A stretch of DNA of 64,000 nucleotides from Nitrosopumilus sp. (GTDB lineage Archaea; Thermoproteota; Nitrososphaeria; Nitrososphaerales; Nitrosopumilaceae). Position numbers and translations under genes: made by a program. The stretch lies in assembly GCA_963667665.2 (NCBI GenBank), contig OY763927.2, positions 1,568,001 to 1,632,000 on the forward strand, given 5' to 3'. The notes below the pieces were generated by a model. The model was not told where the DNA came from, ran no database searches, and worked only from the letters and a program-made list of their open reading frames with translations. Positions 59,172 through 64,000 of this stretch are shown here, in pieces (position 1 is the first letter of the stretch; each line of letters opens with the position of its first letter).

Positions 59172-61274
59172 CTATTTTTTATTATTCTTCCAAGAATATG
59201 TATTGTAAACTCTTTCTGGAACTAATTGTTGGAATGGTTGGGAACCTCCATCATACCATTTTGTAAAGAACTCGTAGAGGTGAAGCCTTAGTGACTGTAT
59301 GTACACAATCAAACCTTCAATCATCATGATTCCTATTTGTCCTCCTATGATAAGCACAAGAGCCATTGGACTACTAATTCCTCCCAAGCTTTCAAAGGCC
59401 TGGTTAACTGTAAGCAAAAGAGCTGCATGTACTAGAAGCATAATTCCTAATCGTGCATAACTGATCGAGTGCGCCAAACATTCAATAGTTTTTCCAAGTA
59501 AAACCTCCATCATGACACTTACCATATCTCCACCATCCTCTGGATGTTTTTTGTTATGTTTTATTCCACCAATAATCATCAGTATAACACATGCAAGTAT
59601 GATAATTATTGAAACTCTAACTACTATCCATACAACTGCCCACTCTCCAACAAGTACAGAAACCCACGGTACAGCTTCTGTATGAATTTTAGAATACATA
59701 TTCATTACATCATATCCAGAACCTATTGCTCCCATCATTACTCCGAAAACTCCTAACCACATGAACAAGTTGGGAATAGCTTCAAAGATCAGTCCATCTC
59801 TATTACCACTTTTCCAAAAGTTACGAATTCGTAAAAGGAAAGCCCATGATAAATGAATGACTCCCAAGAATAATGACACTTTTAAAATCATGATGACTTG
59901 ATCAAATGTTAATTCTGCTACACTAATTACACCAATCAACCATGAAACTGAATGAAGCGGACCACCTTCATGTAACAGAGCTTCCATACCTGCCAAGTGT
60001 TCTATATGAAAACCAAACGCTTCACCTTGAAAAATTCCCGCAAGCGCACCTGCTCCACCAGACATTGCAAGTAACATTCCCCATCTAGATAGATTACCTT
60101 GTCCTTTGAATTTGAACAAGAGTCCTAAACACATTAACAAAATTCCATGACCTATATCTGCAAACATTAATCCGTAAAAAATAGGCCACATTAGTGCAAT
60201 CATCCATGTGGGATCAAATTCTCCTCGCTTGGGAATTCCTTGACTGCTAGTAATTACTTCATATGTTCTGACCCATCTAGGATTATCCAAATAAACAGGA
60301 AGATCTGAAAGCGTCTTTTCATCTTTTATTTCTTCAGTAATTGATGTCCATTGACTTGTTACTTGTTTGAACTTTTTTTCCATCTTCTTTGGGATATACC
60401 CTTGAATTACTGCAAAATTCTTTGTACCGCCTGGTTTACGTAATGTTTCAAGAACTTCTTTTGCAACAAATGAATTTTCATGCATTATTAGAATTTCACG
60501 TCGAATTTTTTTTGTGATAGAAGCTAATTCTTTTGAAATTGATTTTTGTTTTGCTGTTAATTCTTTTATCTTTGATTCTGCTAAAGAATATGCTTCACTC
60601 GGAATTTGTGGAATATCTTTAGGGATACTAAATGGATTAGAATTAAGTGCTCGCATTACTTTGAGAATTTTATCAGAATCATCAATATCAGAAATTATTA
60701 TTATGGCTGATTTTTCTTTAGACCCTAATTCATATTTGAAAATTGGAATGCCTTCTAATGATCGTTCAATCTCTCCAAAATCTGAAGTATTAATGACAAA
60801 TAGATTTGTATAAAAATAATTCATTGCTCCAAAACCACTTAGATCAACATTTAGCTTGTTTGCAACTTGTAATGTTTCTTTTAATGATTTGTATTCTTCA
60901 AGCGAGTGATTAATCTTTGAATTTTCTTCTAATACTTTGGCTGCTTTAGTGATGCTCTCTGGAACTTTTTCCAGATCTGCAATCATATTTTCAATCTCAT
61001 CAATATCATAATTTTTCTTTTTAATTACAGTGCCCTTGAAAAGAATCTCCATGATGCCAACTCGCAGAGGAATATTCAATCCCTTTATCACATCTTCAAC
61101 AAATTGATGTGTTTTTTGTGCCCGTAAAAGAAGATCATCGATTTCTGGAGTAACTGTTTCATTTTCAATCTCCATTTTATGAAACCATTCAAATTCGGCT
61201 AAACGTGATATTACTTTTGGAGATTCATTTCTTGGAAGTATAACACTGCCAACCAAAAGATCTGCAACAGTCAC
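59172..61274 (-). CDS. atpI: A/V-type ATP synthase subunit I
   Basis: DPT, FYGLMFADIGHG, SYARL, LRLHLYEFFTK; GTG 61274 preferred over 61319. Confidence 0.96.
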   Translation of the reverse strand: MTVADLLVGSVILPRNESPKVISRLAEFEWFHKMEIENETVTPEIDDLLLRAQKTHQFVEDVIKGLNIPLRVGIMEILFKGTVIKKKNYDIDEIENMIADLEKVPESITKAAKVLEENSKINHSLEEYKSLKETLQVANKLNVDLSGFGAMNYFYTNLFVINTSDFGEIERSLEGIPIFKYELGSKEKSAIIIISDIDDSDKILKVMRALNSNPFSIPKDIPQIPSEAYSLAESKIKELTAKQKSISKELASITKKIRREILIMHENSFVAKEVLETLRKPGGTKNFAVIQGYIPKKMEKKFKQVTSQWTSITEEIKDEKTLSDLPVYLDNPRWVRTYEVITSSQGIPKRGEFDPTWMIALMWPIFYGLMFADIGHGILLMCLGLLFKFKGQGNLSRWGMLLAMSGGAGALAGIFQGEAFGFHIEHLAGMEALLHEGGPLHSVSWLIGVISVAELTFDQVIMILKVSLFLGVIHLSWAFLLRIRNFWKSGNRDGLIFEAIPNLFMWLGVFGVMMGAIGSGYDVMNMYSKIHTEAVPWVSVLVGEWAVVWIVVRVSIIIILACVILMIIGGIKHNKKHPEDGGDMVSVMMEVLLGKTIECLAHSISYARLGIMLLVHAALLLTVNQAFESLGGISSPMALVLIIGGQIGIMMIEGLIVYIQSLRLHLYEFFTKWYDGGSQPFQQLVPERVYNTYSWKNNKK

Positions 61275-61396
61275 ACTTCCAACGACGATTATTACATTAT
61301 AATATCTTTCTAAGTCCAAAATGAAAATATGAATTTTATTAAATTATTACAGCTCCTCCCAAACATTAAAATCTATTATCCAATGAGCACCTCGTA

Positions 61397-61996
61397 TTGG
61401 CACCTAATTTTTTATTAGAACATGCTATTAAAAAAATTGTAAAGAAAACAGAAAAAGAAATCCTATTAGATCTCAAAAATTCAGGTTCTGATTCTAAACA
61501 AACACTTGATGATTCACTTACCAAACTAGAACAAGAATTTGATAAAATTATCTCAGATGGAAATAAAGAAGCCAACAAAATCGAAAAACAGATTATTGGT
61601 GGTGCTGATATAGAAGTTAGAAACAAACAACTTTTGTTATTAGAAGAAGGAGTAGACAAAGTATTTTCAAAAGCATTAGATCAAATAGCAAATACTGATC
61701 GAAGTGGAGATTACTCAAATTTAATTAAAACTTTGTTAGATGAATCAACTAAAATTTTAGGTACAACTGAAGTTACAGTTTTTACAAATGCTAAAGATAA
61801 AGATGTAGTAAAATCTGCATTAACTAAATTCTCAGGAGCTAAATTATCATCTGATACAATTGATTGTCTTGGTGGAATTATAATAAAATCAAAAGATGGT
61901 ACAATGACATTTGATAATACTATTGATGCAAGGATTGAACGCTTGAAGCCTTTAATAAGGAAAGAAATTGCATCCACATTCGGAGTGGGAAATTAG
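61397..61996 (+). CDS. atpE: A/V-type ATP synthase subunit E
   Basis: Coiled-coil N-terminus, LGGIII.S.DG...DNT. Confidence 0.92.
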   Translation: MAPNFLLEHAIKKIVKKTEKEILLDLKNSGSDSKQTLDDSLTKLEQEFDKIISDGNKEANKIEKQIIGGADIEVRNKQLLLLEEGVDKVFSKALDQIANTDRSGDYSNLIKTLLDESTKILGTTEVTVFTNAKDKDVVKSALTKFSGAKLSSDTIDCLGGIIIKSKDGTMTFDNTIDARIERLKPLIRKEIASTFGVGN

Positions 61997-61997
61997 A

Positions 61998-63776
61998 ATG
62001 GTAGCTCAAGGTAAAATTGTTTGGGTAAGTGGTCCTGCTGTTAGAGCTGATGGAATGTCTGATGCAAAGATGTATGAAACTATATCTGTTGGTAATGCAA
62101 AATTAATTGGTGAAGTAATTAGATTAACTGGCGATGTTGCATTTATTCAAGTCTATGAATCAACTAGTGGATTAAAACCAGGTGAGCCTGTGGTTGGTAC
62201 CGGAAACCCACTTAGTGTATTGTTAGGTCCAGGAATTATTGGACAACTTTATGATGGAATTCAAAGACCTCTAAGAGAACTATCAAAACAATCTGGTTCA
62301 TTCATTGGAAGAGGTATTGTAACTACTCCAGTTGATATGACAAAAAAATGGCATTTTGTACCAACTGTTAGTGTTGGTGACGAAGTTGCTCCAGGAAATG
62401 TACTTGGAACTGTTAAAGAATCAGAACTGATTGATCACTCTATTATGGTTCCACCAGATCACAAAGGTGGAAAAATTACAAATATTGTTTCAGAAGGAGA
62501 TTATGATTTAGAAACTGAAATAGCAACATCTGAAAAAGACGGACAAATCATTTCACTTAAAATGTATCACAAATGGCCTGTACGAAAACCAAGACCATAC
62601 AAAAATCGTTATGATCCTACTGTTCCACTTATTACTGGACAACGTGTAATAGACACATTTTTCCCAATTGCAAAAGGTGGAACTGGTTCAATTCCTGGAG
62701 CATTTGGAACAGGAAAGACTGTTACATTACACCAAATTGCAAAATGGGCTGATGCTCAAGTTGTTGTTTACATCGGTTGTGGCGAACGAGGAAACGAGAT
62801 GACTGAAGTATTAGTTGAATTCCCACACCTCAAAGATCCGCGTACTGGAAAACCACTTATGGACAGAACTGTTCTTGTTGCAAATACTAGTAATATGCCA
62901 GTAGCTGCAAGAGAAGCAAGTATCTACACTGGTGTAACAATTGCAGAATATTACAGAGATATGGGTAAAGATGTTGTACTTGTAGCAGACTCTACAAGTA
63001 GATGGGCAGAAGCACTCAGAGAAATGAGTGGTAGATTAGAAGAGATGCCAGCAGAAGAAGGTTATCCATCATATCTTGCATCAAGATTAGCAGAATTTTA
63101 TGAAAGAGCAGGTCGTGTTAGAACAATTGGTAGTCCAGATCGTGATGGCTCAGTTACTTTAATTGGTGCTGTATCTCCATCAGGTGGTGACTTTACAGAA
63201 CCAGTTACAACTCACACAATGAGATTTATCAAGACTTTCTGGGCTTTGGATGCAAAACTTGCATACTCTAGGCACTATCCATCAATTAATTGGATGAACA
63301 GCTACTCTGGTTATCTTGCTGACATTGCTAAATGGTGGAGTGAAAATATCGATAAAGAATGGTTTAATGTACGAAGTGAAGTATATGGAATTTTACAAAG
63401 AGAAGACACACTAAAAGAAATTGTCAGACTCTTAGGTCCAGAAGCATTACCTGATGAAGAAAAACTAATTCTTGAAGTTGCAAGAATGGTAAAGATTAGT
63501 CTTTTACAGCAAAACTCATTTGATGATGTTGATACTTTTTGCAGTCCAGAAAAACAGTTTAAACTAATGAAACTATTAGTTGACTTTTACGATAAAGGTC
63601 AACAAGCAATCAAATCAGGTGCAACACTAGCTGATATTCGTGTAATGTCTATCATCCCTTCAATTCTCAAAGCAAGAATGGATATCAAAGATGATGAGAT
63701 GCAAAAACTTGATCAATTAGAAAAAGATATGGAAGAACAATTCAAATCAATTACAGGAGTTAAAGTATCAAATTGA
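61998..63776 (+). CDS. atpA: A/V-type ATP synthase subunit A
   Basis: [25 protein letters not shown]; ATG 61998. Confidence 0.98.
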   Translation: MVAQGKIVWVSGPAVRADGMSDAKMYETISVGNAKLIGEVIRLTGDVAFIQVYESTSGLKPGEPVVGTGNPLSVLLGPGIIGQLYDGIQRPLRELSKQSGSFIGRGIVTTPVDMTKKWHFVPTVSVGDEVAPGNVLGTVKESELIDHSIMVPPDHKGGKITNIVSEGDYDLETEIATSEKDGQIISLKMYHKWPVRKPRPYKNRYDPTVPLITGQRVIDTFFPIAKGGTGSIPGAFGTGKTVTLHQIAKWADAQVVVYIGCGERGNEMTEVLVEFPHLKDPRTGKPLMDRTVLVANTSNMPVAAREASIYTGVTIAEYYRDMGKDVVLVADSTSRWAEALREMSGRLEEMPAEEGYPSYLASRLAEFYERAGRVRTIGSPDRDGSVTLIGAVSPSGGDFTEPVTTHTMRFIKTFWALDAKLAYSRHYPSINWMNSYSGYLADIAKWWSENIDKEWFNVRSEVYGILQREDTLKEIVRLLGPEALPDEEKLILEVARMVKISLLQQNSFDDVDTFCSPEKQFKLMKLLVDFYDKGQQAIKSGATLADIRVMSIIPSILKARMDIKDDEMQKLDQLEKDMEEQFKSITGVKVSN

Positions 63777-64000
63777 CAACAGAAGGCGGAGTTCAATACA
63801 ACAAGATTGCTGAAATCAAAGGTCCACTGGTAGTTGTAGATGATGTTGATAATGCAGCATTTGATGAACTTGTTGAAATTGAAACTAAAGAGGGAGAAAG
63901 AAGATTAGGTAAAGTTCTCGAAGTAGGAAATGGAAAAGCAATCGTTCAAGTTTTTGAGGGAACAACTGGATTATCTATCTCTGGAACAAGTGCTAAATTT
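63773..64000 (+). CDS. atpB: A/V-type ATP synthase subunit B, 5' part
   Basis: TTG start; [25 protein letters not shown]...GKVLEVG...VQVFEGTTG, runs off window. Confidence 0.95.
   Translation, partial: MTTEGGVQYNKIAEIKGPLVVVDDVDNAAFDELVEIETKEGERRLGKVLEVGNGKAIVQVFEGTTGLSISGTSAKF

Overview
AT-rich archaeal DNA whose gene content and order indicate an ammonia-oxidising thaumarchaeon of the Nitrosopumilus type (inferred from PEFG-CTERM protein, egsA, aCPSF1, archaeal CoA pathway, cobJ/bluB, amt and the split A-type ATP synthase locus; no database search was run). Most of the window is housekeeping. Two accessory regions stand out. (1) 1-4516 is the right end of an integrative element: a tyrosine integrase whose start codon abuts an 8-8-8 inverted-repeat site resembling a recombinase core, plus a truncated adenine methyltransferase and two PD-(D/E)xK-type nucleases. 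(2) About 45.3-49.8 kb is an islet and the best candidate for an undescribed system. It holds a divergent TGT-fold-like gene split by one in-frame TAG and preceded by a perfect 10-bp palindrome. Facing away from it are a zinc-ribbon microprotein, a second SAMHD1/YwfO-like HD hydrolase (A8 frameshift, start buried in a hairpin), a YwgA-like winged-helix protein and another zinc microprotein. Also found: tRNA-Arg(CCT) with a D-loop intron, tRNA-Val(GAC) with C33, several microproteins missed by the ORF track (including a metallothionein-like peptide), and genes that need non-canonical starts. Some frameshifts lie in homopolymers and may be sequencing errors.
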